A stretch of DNA of 64,000 bases from Acidimicrobiia bacterium. GTDB taxonomy: Bacteria; Actinomycetota; Acidimicrobiia; Spongiisociales; Spongiisociaceae. Under the pieces are notes generated by a model that saw only the letters and a program-made list of their open reading frames with translations, had not been told where the DNA came from and did no database searches. Positions 22,744 through 32,502 of this stretch are shown here, one piece after another. The stretch is taken from assembly GCA_963663955.1 (NCBI GenBank), contig OY760694.1:2503587-2567586 (forward strand), in the 5' to 3' direction. Each line of letters starts with the position of its first letter. The stretch's first letter is position 1. The translations under genes and the position numbers were made by a program.

Positions 22744-23535
22744 ATGCCGAAACCTGTAAGGTATTCGCCGATGACGCCATCCTCATATCCATACCCACCC
22801 CCCGACCTATCGGTGTTCGCCGACGATACCGCTTTGGCCGCCGGCGCGGCCGGACTCATCGCCGGATTCATCAAGAAACACGCTAACAACCATCCGGTCA
22901 CCGTCGCCATGGCCGGAGGATCCACCCCTATAGCCACCTATCGGCACCTAGCGGGTATGGATGTCCCGTGGGATCGGGTCTGTGCCTGGGTGGGAGACGA
23001 GCGCTACCTCCCCCCCGACCATCCGGATAGCAATAGCGGAATGATCTCCCGGCTTCTGCTGGACGGAACAGATGCTCGATTCCTGAAGATCCCTTGGAAG
23101 GAAGGGCGTTCGGCCCATCAAGCGGCCGCTATCTACGAAGAGTATCTGCTCTCGGTCATGGCCGCCGGAGCGGATGGCCCTCAGCCCGACCTTGTATTGG
23201 TGGGGATGGGCGGTGACGGACATACTCTGTCGTTGTTTCCTCATTCACCGACCCTGGATATAGCCGATCGCTGGTATGTGGCCGACCGGGTTGAGGCCAA
23301 GCACCCCTGGAGGCTCACCGCCACCTTTCCCCTCGTCCATCGAGCAAGGCAGATCTACGTCCTCGTTTCAGGGGCCGGCAAGGCCACCGCCCTGGCGGAG
23401 TCGCTGAACCCGGTGGGTGGGTGGGTGCTGCCGGCTCGGCGCCTCATGGATGGTCCGGCGCCGGTAACGTGGCTGGTGGATCGGGCGGCAGCGTCCTTCC
23501 TTCCGGACGAGTGGAAGTATCCCGCCTTTTCCTGA
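22744..23535 (+). CDS. pgl: 6-phosphogluconolactonase
   Basis: VAMAGGSTP, LVGMGGDGHTLSLFPHSP, WRLTATFPLVHRARQIYVLVSGAGKA. Alternative start at 22771. Confidence 0.8.
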   Translation: MPKPVRYSPMTPSSYPYPPPDLSVFADDTALAAGAAGLIAGFIKKHANNHPVTVAMAGGSTPIATYRHLAGMDVPWDRVCAWVGDERYLPPDHPDSNSGMISRLLLDGTDARFLKIPWKEGRSAHQAAAIYEEYLLSVMAAGADGPQPDLVLVGMGGDGHTLSLFPHSPTLDIADRWYVADRVEAKHPWRLTATFPLVHRARQIYVLVSGAGKATALAESLNPVGGWVLPARRLMDGPAPVTWLVDRAAASFLPDEWKYPAFS

Positions 23536-23542
23536 TCGATGG

Positions 23543-24457
23543 TCAGGAGCGCCGGAAATCTCGAGGAGCGAGCCGTGGTCCGTAGGCCGGCGCCCTTCCC
23601 TCGTAGCGTTCCAGCAGCCGGATCACCCGACCCCGCTGACCTTGGTAAGGAGCGAGCAATTCGAGCATCCGAGCGTCATCACCTCTGGGTTCTCCGGCCA
23701 GCGCCCACGCCACCGTGTTAGGTAAATGGAAATCACCCACCGGAACTGCGTCGGGATCACCCCGCACCACCCTCATGACCGAAGCGCTGGTCCATGGACC
23801 GATTCCCCGAAGTTGGTGCAGAAACCGGTAGGAGGTAGCTAGTTCCCAGTGGATAGTCGCCTCGATTCGATCCGCCACCTTGCACGCATCGATGATCGTT
23901 TCCGCCCGGCGACGCTCCACTCCTAACGGGTGAAAGTCGAAGTAGCGAAGCTCGGCTAGGTGGTCGGGGCGGGGAGGCAACCTCACCAGATCCCCGGGTC
24001 CCGGCGCCGACTCCCCGTAACGAGCCACCAGGCGCCGGTAGCTCCGTCCGGCTTCCACCCCGGTAACTTTCTGGGCGAGGATCGTGGGTACCAGCACCTC
24101 TACCATCCCGCCCACCGCCGCCATCCGCATGCCCCTTCCTTTGCGGACGGCCCGCTCGACGGCCGGGTGACTTGGAATCAGCTCACCCGGGTCGTCATAC
24201 TCCCCCACCCACTCTGGAATCCGATGCATCGCCCACTCGGACCCTGTTCCCCAGGCATGCACGATCAGGCACCGGTTCTCCAAGCGCATCCTTACCGTCG
24301 CCGGACCGCATGGCGTGCGGGTAGCTCTCCATAACCCATCAGGTCGGAGCGCCAGCGACGGTCCCTTGAGGCCGGACACCGCTAGGGTGGCGCGCAGGTC
24401 CAACGGACGGGTAAGGGTGATGGACCGGGATCCCGGTGGGGATTGCATGGCCTTCAA
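23543..24457 (-). CDS. DNA-3-methyladenine glycosylase II (AlkA-like, HhH-GPD superfamily)
   Basis: HhH-GPD: LRGIGPWTSASVMRVVRGDPDAVPVGDFHL with a catalytic Asp. Helix-hairpin-helix ILAQKVTGVEAGRSYRRLV. Confidence 0.7.
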   Translation of the reverse strand: MKAMQSPPGSRSITLTRPLDLRATLAVSGLKGPSLALRPDGLWRATRTPCGPATVRMRLENRCLIVHAWGTGSEWAMHRIPEWVGEYDDPGELIPSHPAVERAVRKGRGMRMAAVGGMVEVLVPTILAQKVTGVEAGRSYRRLVARYGESAPGPGDLVRLPPRPDHLAELRYFDFHPLGVERRRAETIIDACKVADRIEATIHWELATSYRFLHQLRGIGPWTSASVMRVVRGDPDAVPVGDFHLPNTVAWALAGEPRGDDARMLELLAPYQGQRGRVIRLLERYEGRAPAYGPRLAPRDFRRS

Positions 24458-24573
24458 GGTAACAGTCCCTGGACAGGCAGCAATCAGGATCCGCCCCGTA
24501 CCGGCCGGATACGACGGGCGCCCTTCCAGCAGGGCTAACGTACGGTTCGCATCACCGACCGGCTAGGAGATCC

Positions 24574-26949
24574 ATGCGCTTGCAGAGGTTGAAACCCTTG
24601 CCTACCTGCGAGCCTTCCCGCCCGCGACCCCGGATTCGTCCGGCTGCTCTGTTAACCACCTTGGCGATGTTGCTAACCACCTTCTTCTCCACCCAGGCCG
24701 GCGCCCAATCAGGTAGCAACGACAACCCGAACCAGGATCCGGGATCGGCGCGGGTTACCTGCGAGGAAACCGTCGTCGTGTTCCAACTACTGTGTATCGC
24801 TTACCAGGTCATCAGCGACAACCATATCGATCCGGTCGACGACGCCGACTTGGCCAGGGAAGCGGTGAACCGGATACGGGAGGCGAAGCTGGCCGAGCGA
24901 ACGGAGGGAACACCTACTCCGTGCCCGCTACCGGCGCCCGAATTCGAGGAGGTGTGCCGGGAGATCGATAGGGTCGAAGACACCGCGATGGCCGTCGAGA
25001 TGGCCATGAGAGGAATGGTACGGGCGCTGGACGAGAACTCGTACTTCCTTACCGCGGCCCAGTACGACCGATTCCTGGAAGCCATCGAGAATCGGGGAAT
25101 CACCGGCCTCGGATTGGCCTTTGCTCTGACCGATGACGGCGAAGCCTGCTTCGAGGTTTCGACCTCCTGCGTGCCGGTAATCAGCGAGGTCTACGAGGGA
25201 ACGCCGGCTCATGAAGCCGGGCTGGCGGTCGGTGATGTGCTCGAGAAACTCGGAAACGTCTTCCCCGCCGACCTGAAGTGTTCTGCGGTACCCGGTCTCG
25301 ATAGGTTCCCGGCGGGTACCGGTGTCGCCATCACGGTGAGGCGGGGAACCGAAACCGTTTCAACGACGATCACCGCCGCCGACCTTGCTATACCCGCGGC
25401 GCGGGGGCGCCTCGTGGACGATGAAATCGGGTTGCTGCGTCTCGATTCGTTCGGTAGTTCGGCCGGCCAGGACGTGCGGGAGGTGCTTGAAAGGCTAACC
25501 AATACCGGGGCTAGCGCCCTGGTGTTCGACCTCAGGGGGAATCCGGGTGGTTACGTCGATTCGGCTGTCGGAGTGGCGGGGCTTTTCCTCCCGAACTTGA
25601 CAACGGTCGTGCAATTGGTGAGCAGGGAGCAGGCCGAGTCCATCGGCGCCCGAGGCAAGGAACTCTATCCGGATCCGATACTCCTGCCCATGGTGGTGGT
25701 CACCGACAACCGCAGTGCGTCGGCGTCGGAGTTGGTCACCGGCGCCCTTCACGACCACGGAAGGGTCACCACGGTGGGTGAACGGACCTACGGCAAGAAC
25801 ACGGGTCAGTCCTCCTACCGGCTGCATCTGGAAGGTAGGACGGTTGCCGTGATCCATTTGACCACGATCCGGTGGTTGACTCCCGACTCCCGTAGCGCCG
25901 ATGGCGGATTCGGGCCGGACGTGGCTATGGAACTGCCTTCCTGCCTGCCGCCTGCCGAAGTGGCCAGGAGAGCTGTCTCCGCTATCCGTCCCCGGGTTAC
26001 CGGCGTGGCGATCACCAGCACCCCCCAACATAAGGCAGGCTACGCGGCGGGCGAATCGGTGAAGCTGGCCGTGTCCTTTACATCCCCGGTGGTGGTCGTG
26101 GCTAGTGGAGCAACGCCACAACTCGAGCTCCGGATCGGAGAAAGCAACCGATTTGCTCTCTACCGAGCGGGAAGCGGAACTTCCCGGCTGGTCTTCGAGT
26201 ACCTGGTAACCGAGAACGACAACGACGAGGACGGAATCACCGTTGAGCCCGACTCCCTATTCACCGGAAGAGCGAATATACAGCTCCCGGGCGGACTGGA
26301 CGCCAACCTCTCTCATGCGGCCGCCGCTCCGGACCCCACGCAGCTGGTTACCGGATCGAGCCGGGATAGGCCCGACGACCACCCCGCCTTCGTCGATATC
26401 GCCGCTTCGCCACATCGCACCGGCATCGAGATCATCACCACGGCTGCCATCGCTGAAGGCTGCGGGAATGCGGATAGCAGACGGTTCTGTCCGGACGATC
26501 CGGTGACCCGTGGTCAGATGGCCACCTACCTCGCCAGGCTCCTAGACCTACCCGCCGCCGACCTCGACCACTTCACCGACGACAACGGAACCACCCACGA
26601 AAACAACATAAACAGCCTCGCCGCAACCGGCATCACCCAAGGCTGCGACAACCACCGATACTGCCCCGACCAACCCATCACCCGAGGGCAAACGGCTACC
26701 TACCTCGCCAGGGTCCTAGACCTACCCGCCGCCGACCTCGACCACTTCACCGACGACAACGGAACCACCCACGAAAACAACATAAACAGCCTCGCCGCAA
26801 CCGGCATCACCCAAGGCTGCGACAACCACCGATACTGCCCCGACCAACCCATCACCCGAGGGCAAATGGCTACCTACCTCGCCAGGGTCCTGGACCGTCT
26901 TGCGGCGGCGAACCCGCCGGTTGTGGAGGAAGGCTTCAAAGGCCCTTAG
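24574..26949 (+). CDS. S41-family C-terminal processing peptidase with PDZ domain and three C-terminal SLH (S-layer homology) repeats
   Basis: Signal peptide. S41 motifs LVFDLRGNPGGYVDS and DNRSASASELV. Three repeats FTDDNGTTHENNINSLAATGITQGCDNHRYCPDQPITRGQMATYLARVL (SLH consensus F.D...I..L...GI..G......P...ITR...A..L). Confidence 0.8.
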   Translation: MRLQRLKPLPTCEPSRPRPRIRPAALLTTLAMLLTTFFSTQAGAQSGSNDNPNQDPGSARVTCEETVVVFQLLCIAYQVISDNHIDPVDDADLAREAVNRIREAKLAERTEGTPTPCPLPAPEFEEVCREIDRVEDTAMAVEMAMRGMVRALDENSYFLTAAQYDRFLEAIENRGITGLGLAFALTDDGEACFEVSTSCVPVISEVYEGTPAHEAGLAVGDVLEKLGNVFPADLKCSAVPGLDRFPAGTGVAITVRRGTETVSTTITAADLAIPAARGRLVDDEIGLLRLDSFGSSAGQDVREVLERLTNTGASALVFDLRGNPGGYVDSAVGVAGLFLPNLTTVVQLVSREQAESIGARGKELYPDPILLPMVVVTDNRSASASELVTGALHDHGRVTTVGERTYGKNTGQSSYRLHLEGRTVAVIHLTTIRWLTPDSRSADGGFGPDVAMELPSCLPPAEVARRAVSAIRPRVTGVAITSTPQHKAGYAAGESVKLAVSFTSPVVVVASGATPQLELRIGESNRFALYRAGSGTSRLVFEYLVTENDNDEDGITVEPDSLFTGRANIQLPGGLDANLSHAAAAPDPTQLVTGSSRDRPDDHPAFVDIAASPHRTGIEIITTAAIAEGCGNADSRRFCPDDPVTRGQMATYLARLLDLPAADLDHFTDDNGTTHENNINSLAATGITQGCDNHRYCPDQPITRGQTATYLARVLDLPAADLDHFTDDNGTTHENNINSLAATGITQGCDNHRYCPDQPITRGQMATYLARVLDRLAAANPPVVEEGFKGP
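26527..26880. repeat. Near-identical 174-bp tandem duplication (2 copies) encoding SLH repeats 2 and 3 of the S41 peptidase
   Basis: TACCTCGCCAGGGTCCT... recurs at 26527, 26701 and 26875. Only a few mismatches over 174 bp (e.g. ACGGCT/ATGGCT and CTAGA/CTGGA). Confidence 0.8.
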
Positions 26950-27805
26950 GGTGCCACACGGTCTTGATCTCGGTGAAGGCCGCGATGAGGTAGGGGCTCT
27001 GTACAGCCCGGTCGTCGTGCCAGTCTATGGCGTCCTTCGGCGGGCGCACCACCCGCTTAATTCCCCCTGCAGCAGCCTGTTCCAACTCGACCATCAAGCT
27101 CGACTCGACCCCGCAGGCGTCTAGAGCATTCACGTCGAGGTGTGACGCAAGGTAGGGAACCATTCCGCCTCTCGATCCGGTCAGCACGTTCACCACCCCT
27201 CGCGGAACGTCCGCGGTAGCCATGGCTTCCGAGAAGGTGATGGCCGGCACCGGCCGACCTTCCGAGGCAATTACCACCGCGGTGTTTCCCGAAACCATTA
27301 CCGGCGCCAATCTGGACACCAGACCGAGCAAGGCCGACTCCTCCGGAGCGATTATCCCCACCACGCCGGTGGGCTCCGCTACCGAGATGTTGAAGAACGG
27401 ACCAGAGACCGGGTTCAGATTGCCGACAACTTGCTGGTACTTGTCGGCCCACCCGGCATACCACACCAGGCGGTCGATCGCCTTGCCTACCTCCCGGCGT
27501 GACTTGCCCGCACTCGCTCCGGTAGCGCGGATCCCTTCGACGAACGCCTCCGCTCGGTCTTCAACCATCTCGGCTATCCGGTACAAGATTTGACCTCGGT
27601 TGTATCCGGTACGCGACGCCCATCCGGGCTGGGCCTTCCTAGCGCAGCGGACCGCATGACGCAGGTCCTTGCGGGTTCCGGCCGCCATCCGGGCGATGAT
27701 CTCCCCCCGATAATCGTATGCCGGATAGGAACGACCAGACTCGGAGCGGGGAAAGTCCCCGTCGACGTAGAGTTTGTAGGTCTTCCGTACTCTGAGCCTG
27801 TTCAC
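26936..27805 (-). CDS. Aldehyde dehydrogenase-like protein, truncated/degenerate paralog (lacks catalytic Cys/Glu region)
   Basis: ALDH-like N-terminus KTYKLYVDGDF...SGRSYP and the NAD-binding region are present. Only 289 aa with no ELGGK or catalytic Cys motif. Start overlaps the stop of the upstream ALDH. Confidence 0.55.
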   Translation of the reverse strand: MNRLRVRKTYKLYVDGDFPRSESGRSYPAYDYRGEIIARMAAGTRKDLRHAVRCARKAQPGWASRTGYNRGQILYRIAEMVEDRAEAFVEGIRATGASAGKSRREVGKAIDRLVWYAGWADKYQQVVGNLNPVSGPFFNISVAEPTGVVGIIAPEESALLGLVSRLAPVMVSGNTAVVIASEGRPVPAITFSEAMATADVPRGVVNVLTGSRGGMVPYLASHLDVNALDACGVESSLMVELEQAAAGGIKRVVRPPKDAIDWHDDRAVQSPYLIAAFTEIKTVWHPKGL

Positions 27806-29289
27806 ATTCCGCCCTTAACGTAGGGAAGGAGCCCATGGCGGCCTCCCTCACGACCGAACCCGGACTCTTGATATCCACCGAACGGGGAACTCGGATCGAA
27901 CTTGTTGTAGGTATTGGCCCACACCACCCCGGCCTTGAGCCGGTCCGCCATCCAGAGGATCCGTGATCCCTTGGATGTCCAAACCCCTGCCGAAAGACCG
28001 TATGGGGTGTTGTTGGCCTTCTCCACGGCTTCCGTAGGGGTGCGGAAGGTCATGATCGAGAGGACCGGTCCGAATATCTCCTCCTGAGCAATCCGGTGGC
28101 TCTGCGACACCCCCATGAACAAGGTGGGCGCGAACCAGTAACCACGCTCAGGCAGGGAACAAGAAAGCTGGTACATCTCAGCTCCTTCAGCCAAGCCCGT
28201 ATCCACCAGTTCGGCAATCCTGTCGAGCTGGGCCCGGCTATTGATCGCTCCCACGTCGGTGTTCTTGTCGAGCGGGTCTCCCACGCGGAGGGTCGCCAGC
28301 CGCACCTTCAGCCTGTCTATGAAGCCGTCGTATATCGACTCTTGTACCAGCAGACGACTCCCCGCACAGCAAACGTGTCCCTGATTGAAGAAGATCCCGT
28401 TGATCACCCCTTCGATGGCCTGGTCGATGGGGGCGTCGTCGAAGATGACGTGCGGGGCCTTGCCGCCGAGTTCCAGCGTCAACCGTTTGCGGGTGCCGGC
28501 CAGGGTTCGTTGGATTCTCCTACCCACCTCGGTGGACCCGGTGAAGGCCACCTTGTCAACCCCCGGATGGGACACCACCTCCGCCCCGGTCTCCCCGTCT
28601 CCGGTGACGATGTTCAGCGCTCCGGGAGGCAGTCCGGCTTCATCAGCAAGTCGGGCGAACGCAAGGGCGGTCAGCGGGGTGGTCTCGGCCGGCTTCAGAA
28701 CCACCGTGTTGCCGGTGGCAAGCGCAGGCGCCACCTTCCAGGCGAGCATCAGCATGGGAAAGTTCCAGGGGATAACCTGCCCTACCACTCCCAACGGGCG
28801 GGTGTCGAGACCCGGGAAAGCGTATTCCAGCTTGTCGGCCCACCCTGCGTAGTAGAAGAAATGAGCGGCGGCCAGCGGAAGGTCGATGTCCCTCGATTCC
28901 GTGATGGGTTTGCCTCCGTCGAGGGTTTCGAGCACTGCAAACTCGCGGGACCGTTCCTGGAGCATCCGAGCCAGTCGATACAGATACTTGGCTCTTTCAC
29001 CGCCCCCGATCCGGCCCCAGACACCACCGTAAGCCTTACGGGCCGCCTTGACCGCCCGGTCCACATCCTCGGCGCCCCCTTCGGCCACCCGGCTGAGGGT
29101 CTCTTCGGTGGCCGGGTTAACGGTAGGAAAGTAACGATCTGTGGCAGGCTCGGACGGCTTGCCGTCGATCCACAGCCCGTAACTTTCATCTATGGAAACC
29201 ACGTCGGTTGATTCGAGTGAGGACACGTAGTCGAGTCCGGCGGGAACGATCTCCGGCTTCTCGCCGTCGGTGGAAGCTGGAAGATCCAT
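27802..29289 (-). CDS. Aldehyde dehydrogenase (NAD(P)+)
   Basis: FTGSTEVG, LELGGKAP, catalytic FFNQGHVCCAGSR, EEIFGPV, 495 aa. Confidence 0.85.
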   Translation of the reverse strand: MDLPASTDGEKPEIVPAGLDYVSSLESTDVVSIDESYGLWIDGKPSEPATDRYFPTVNPATEETLSRVAEGGAEDVDRAVKAARKAYGGVWGRIGGGERAKYLYRLARMLQERSREFAVLETLDGGKPITESRDIDLPLAAAHFFYYAGWADKLEYAFPGLDTRPLGVVGQVIPWNFPMLMLAWKVAPALATGNTVVLKPAETTPLTALAFARLADEAGLPPGALNIVTGDGETGAEVVSHPGVDKVAFTGSTEVGRRIQRTLAGTRKRLTLELGGKAPHVIFDDAPIDQAIEGVINGIFFNQGHVCCAGSRLLVQESIYDGFIDRLKVRLATLRVGDPLDKNTDVGAINSRAQLDRIAELVDTGLAEGAEMYQLSCSLPERGYWFAPTLFMGVSQSHRIAQEEIFGPVLSIMTFRTPTEAVEKANNTPYGLSAGVWTSKGSRILWMADRLKAGVVWANTYNKFDPSSPFGGYQESGFGREGGRHGLLPYVKGGM

Positions 29290-29292
29290 CTG

Positions 29293-30255
29293 TCAGTCCT
29301 TTGTGAAGTAATCAGGCGACTGGTACCGACCCTCGCGGATCCAGCGGATCTGCATCAGAAGATCGTTGAGAAGGCTGGACGCTCCGAAACGGAACCTGGT
29401 CGGGGTAAGCCAGTCCCGCCCTAGGGTCTCGGAGAGAAGAACCAGGTAGCGGATGGCGACCTTGGCGGTGCTGATTCCTCCGGCCGGTTTCATTCCCACC
29501 GCCCGACCGGTCGACCGGTAGAAGTCCCGGATCGCCTCGAGCATCACCAGGGTGACGGGTAGGGTCGCATTGGAGGCGGTCTTGCCGGTGGAGGTCTTGA
29601 CGAAATCGGCGCCGGCGGCCATAGCCAGCATCGATGCCCTACGGACGTTGTCATAAGGGCCGAGCTCGCCCGTCTCGAGGATCACCTTCAGATGGGCTGT
29701 CCGGCAGGCCTCCTTCACAGCCACTATCTCATCGTGAACCACTCGGTAGTCACCGGACAGAAACGCCCCTCGGTTGATGACCATGTCTATCTCATCGGCG
29801 CCTTCGGCAACCGCCCAAGCCACGTCTTCGACCTTCACCGAGATAGGGGCCTGCCCCGAAGGGAAGTAGGTAGCCACCGACGCCACCGCAACGTCGCTTC
29901 CCTCGAGCGCCTGGACCGCAAAGGGAACCATGTTGGGGTAGACACACAGTGCAGCTACCGGGGGGATGGTGGGATCGGTGGGGTCGGGACGGACCGCCTT
30001 GGCAGCCAGCTGGATGGTCTTGCCGGGTGTATCCCGTCCCTCGAGAGTGGTGAGATCGCACATGCGTATGGCCATTTCCAGGGCGGCCAGCTTGGACTCC
30101 CGCTTCACCGACCTGGTTGACAGGGAAGCCGCCCGCTCGGTTACCCCCACCTCATCAACAGGCGAGACGGAACGGAGGAAGGACTCGACTACTGCATTGG
30201 AGACAGCGGCGCCCAGTACCGGGGAGGCCGAAGCGGGGGCTGGAAGAACCGTCAT
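29293..30255 (-). CDS. deoC: Deoxyribose-phosphate aldolase (long actinobacterial form)
   Basis: GADEIDMVIN, FVKTSTGKTASNATL, GMKPAGGISTAKVAIRYL. Confidence 0.85.
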   Translation of the reverse strand: MTVLPAPASASPVLGAAVSNAVVESFLRSVSPVDEVGVTERAASLSTRSVKRESKLAALEMAIRMCDLTTLEGRDTPGKTIQLAAKAVRPDPTDPTIPPVAALCVYPNMVPFAVQALEGSDVAVASVATYFPSGQAPISVKVEDVAWAVAEGADEIDMVINRGAFLSGDYRVVHDEIVAVKEACRTAHLKVILETGELGPYDNVRRASMLAMAAGADFVKTSTGKTASNATLPVTLVMLEAIRDFYRSTGRAVGMKPAGGISTAKVAIRYLVLLSETLGRDWLTPTRFRFGASSLLNDLLMQIRWIREGRYQSPDYFTKD

Positions 30256-30370
30256 GGGCTACAGAGTATCCGAATGCGGAGGTTGACAGAAAGTCATCAC
30301 CGCTTGTCATTCACTTATCGAACAGGATAGCTCCCCAAAAGTGTCACACCCCCTCCGTACCATTGCATAC

Positions 30371-31513
30371 ATGGAAACAATTGCTCTGATCTCAGCTCTA
30401 GTCATATCCGTTCTATTCGCCGCCGGATTCGCCCTGGCATGGGGCCGGGAGCGGAGCGCTCACCCGCCGATCAACCCGGAAGCCCTCATGCAGCGGATGG
30501 TGGCGCTGGCCGACAGCACCTTTCGTAACCACTTGGAGACCGGTAAAGCCCAACTAGTACACCAGAAGGAGGTGATTGACCAGAAGTGGGATGGGGTCAC
30601 GTCCAAGATGAACGATGAGCTATCGGAACTTCGTAACCTGGTTACAGACCTGCAAAAGGAGCGGGCTGCCCAACACGCCGGACTCACCGAGAACCTACTC
30701 AAGACCGGACGGCAGCAAGATCTGCTGATCCGCTCCACCCAAAAGCTCAACGACATCCTGATCAACCGCCAGGCACGAGGCCAATGGGGAGAACGCATGG
30801 CCGATGACATCTTGCGAGCGGCCGGAATGGCGGAAGGCATAAACTACTTCAAGCAGAAGACCACCGCCAGCGGTACCCGGCCCGACTTCACGTTCCTGCT
30901 GCCCGACGGTCAGCAGCTGAACATGGACGTCAAGTTCCCCCTCGAGGCCTACGCCCGCTACATAGGCACCTCATCGGATCTCGAGCGAAAGAAGGCGCTG
31001 AAAGACTTTGGCGCCGCCGTCAAGGGCCACGTCAATGACCTTGCGCGCCGGGAGGGCTACATGGACCCGACCGGCACGGTCGGTTACGTGTTGATGTTCA
31101 TCCCCAACGACGGGGTGTACGCCTTCATACACGAACATCATCAGGAAGCATTCGATCAAGCGATGGCATGTCGGGTGGTGATCTGCTCTCCCTCCACCCT
31201 CTTCGCCATGCTGTCATTGATCCGTCAGGCTATCGACACCCTGGCCATGGAAAGATCGTCCCAAGAGATTCTTGAACATCTATCCACATTCGAGGATCAG
31301 TGGGGCCGCTACGTCAAGCAGTTCGATAAGGTCGGCGGGCACCTAGGGCGGCTCAACTCGGCGTTCAATGAACTGTCCACCACCCGGCGAAACCAGCTGG
31401 AAAGACAGTTGGACCGCATCGAAGAACTCAAGAACCACACCGGCCAAGCAACACTGGAAGGGGTAGGAAACGACGCAACGGTCACACCTATCCCGCACCG
31501 GGCGGCGAGATGA
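30371..31513 (+). CDS. rmuC: DNA recombination protein RmuC
   Basis: N-terminal TM segment, coiled-coil, C-terminal RmuC nuclease-like domain (RPDFTFLLPDGQQLNMDVKFPLEAY...FIPNDGVY). Alternative GTG start at 30341. Confidence 0.8.
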   Translation: METIALISALVISVLFAAGFALAWGRERSAHPPINPEALMQRMVALADSTFRNHLETGKAQLVHQKEVIDQKWDGVTSKMNDELSELRNLVTDLQKERAAQHAGLTENLLKTGRQQDLLIRSTQKLNDILINRQARGQWGERMADDILRAAGMAEGINYFKQKTTASGTRPDFTFLLPDGQQLNMDVKFPLEAYARYIGTSSDLERKKALKDFGAAVKGHVNDLARREGYMDPTGTVGYVLMFIPNDGVYAFIHEHHQEAFDQAMACRVVICSPSTLFAMLSLIRQAIDTLAMERSSQEILEHLSTFEDQWGRYVKQFDKVGGHLGRLNSAFNELSTTRRNQLERQLDRIEELKNHTGQATLEGVGNDATVTPIPHRAAR

Positions 31514-31586
31514 TCGACCTACCCACGGCTCACGACCGGACATGCACATCAGACCTCGGCGTTTCGACAACAGTACGGAATCGACC

Positions 31587-32081
31587 ATGAACCTCATCCT
31601 CTGTGACCTCAACATGACCCTTTCCAGCAACATGCGGCAGGTCTTTGCGCGGGTCAGCGCCTCCAAGACGTTTGGCGAGGCCATCAAGCAGGTGGAGGTG
31701 TACCGCCCGGAACTCGTCGAGTGGCTCCAGCAGGCTCAACAGGCCGGGTGGGCGGTGGAGCTGTTCACCGTCCGCAAGGCTGAGTGGAGAGAGGACACCC
31801 TCCGCAACGTGGAAGCCCGAACCGGGTTCGTCCCCGACGGTTCCTGGTTCAACGACACCGACATATCGGGCAGATACGCTGCCAGGGTGAAACGACAATT
31901 GCTGGAACGGGCGGTGCTTCACCACCGTCCAACCCGGCTGTTCGCCTTGGAATCGAACCCCTCGACCCGGGCAATGTTCAACCGGCACAAGGTGGCTAAC
32001 CAGCCATACCAAGGCCCCGAATCGCTTCTGGAGGTTGAAGCCTTAGACGACGTCGCCGGAGCCGCCCCCGTGTTTGAGTAA
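31587..32081 (+). CDS. Hypothetical protein (possible HAD-like fold)
   Basis: N-terminus MNLILCDLNMTL loosely resembles HAD motif I. No other support. Confidence 0.3.
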   Translation: MNLILCDLNMTLSSNMRQVFARVSASKTFGEAIKQVEVYRPELVEWLQQAQQAGWAVELFTVRKAEWREDTLRNVEARTGFVPDGSWFNDTDISGRYAARVKRQLLERAVLHHRPTRLFALESNPSTRAMFNRHKVANQPYQGPESLLEVEALDDVAGAAPVFE

Positions 32082-32191
32082 GGGGAGCCTCACGGCGAAA
32101 CCAGCCGGGAGGATCGCGGGAGCTCAAGAACCACACCAACCGGGAATCGCCGGAGGTCGAGGGATCCGAATCGAAATCGCGCCTGCCCCGC

Positions 32192-32448
32192 TAGCCCTGA
32201 TTATTCAGGTTTCCCACACACCGGGGCATGTAACGCGAGTCCAACCCGAGTATTGGGAGAAAACCCAACGTTCACCTGCCGGGTGAACCTCCACAGCGGA
32301 TCGGGATGGGAGATGCCGATAGCTGTATTGCCTGGTCAGGGCGTGAAACTGGTCTACTCCACTCATCCTCTAAACCCCCATCCATGAATAATCGGGGCTA
32401 AAGCCTGATCATTCGGGTTTCCCACCCACCGAGGCATGTATTCGGGAT
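32192..32448. repeat. ~205-bp element with terminal inverted repeats (copy B) plus an adjacent partial third copy
   Basis: GCCCTGATTATTCAGG ... CCATGAATAATCGGGGC (32195-32397), then CCTGATCATTCGGGTTTCCCACCCACCGAGGCATGTA (32403-32448) repeats the first ~45 nt. Lies between convergent gene ends. Confidence 0.6.
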
Positions 32449-32502
32449 AGCCGGTCGACAGGCCGGGACACGCCGGAGGAATCGTGCCGAAGTACTGGAA
32501 TC

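Noticed and set aside
26520-26880. Regularly spaced near-identical repeats considered as a possible CRISPR array
   Set aside because: The period is 174 bp with no unique spacers. The repeats are in-frame and encode SLH protein domains. No cas genes are present.
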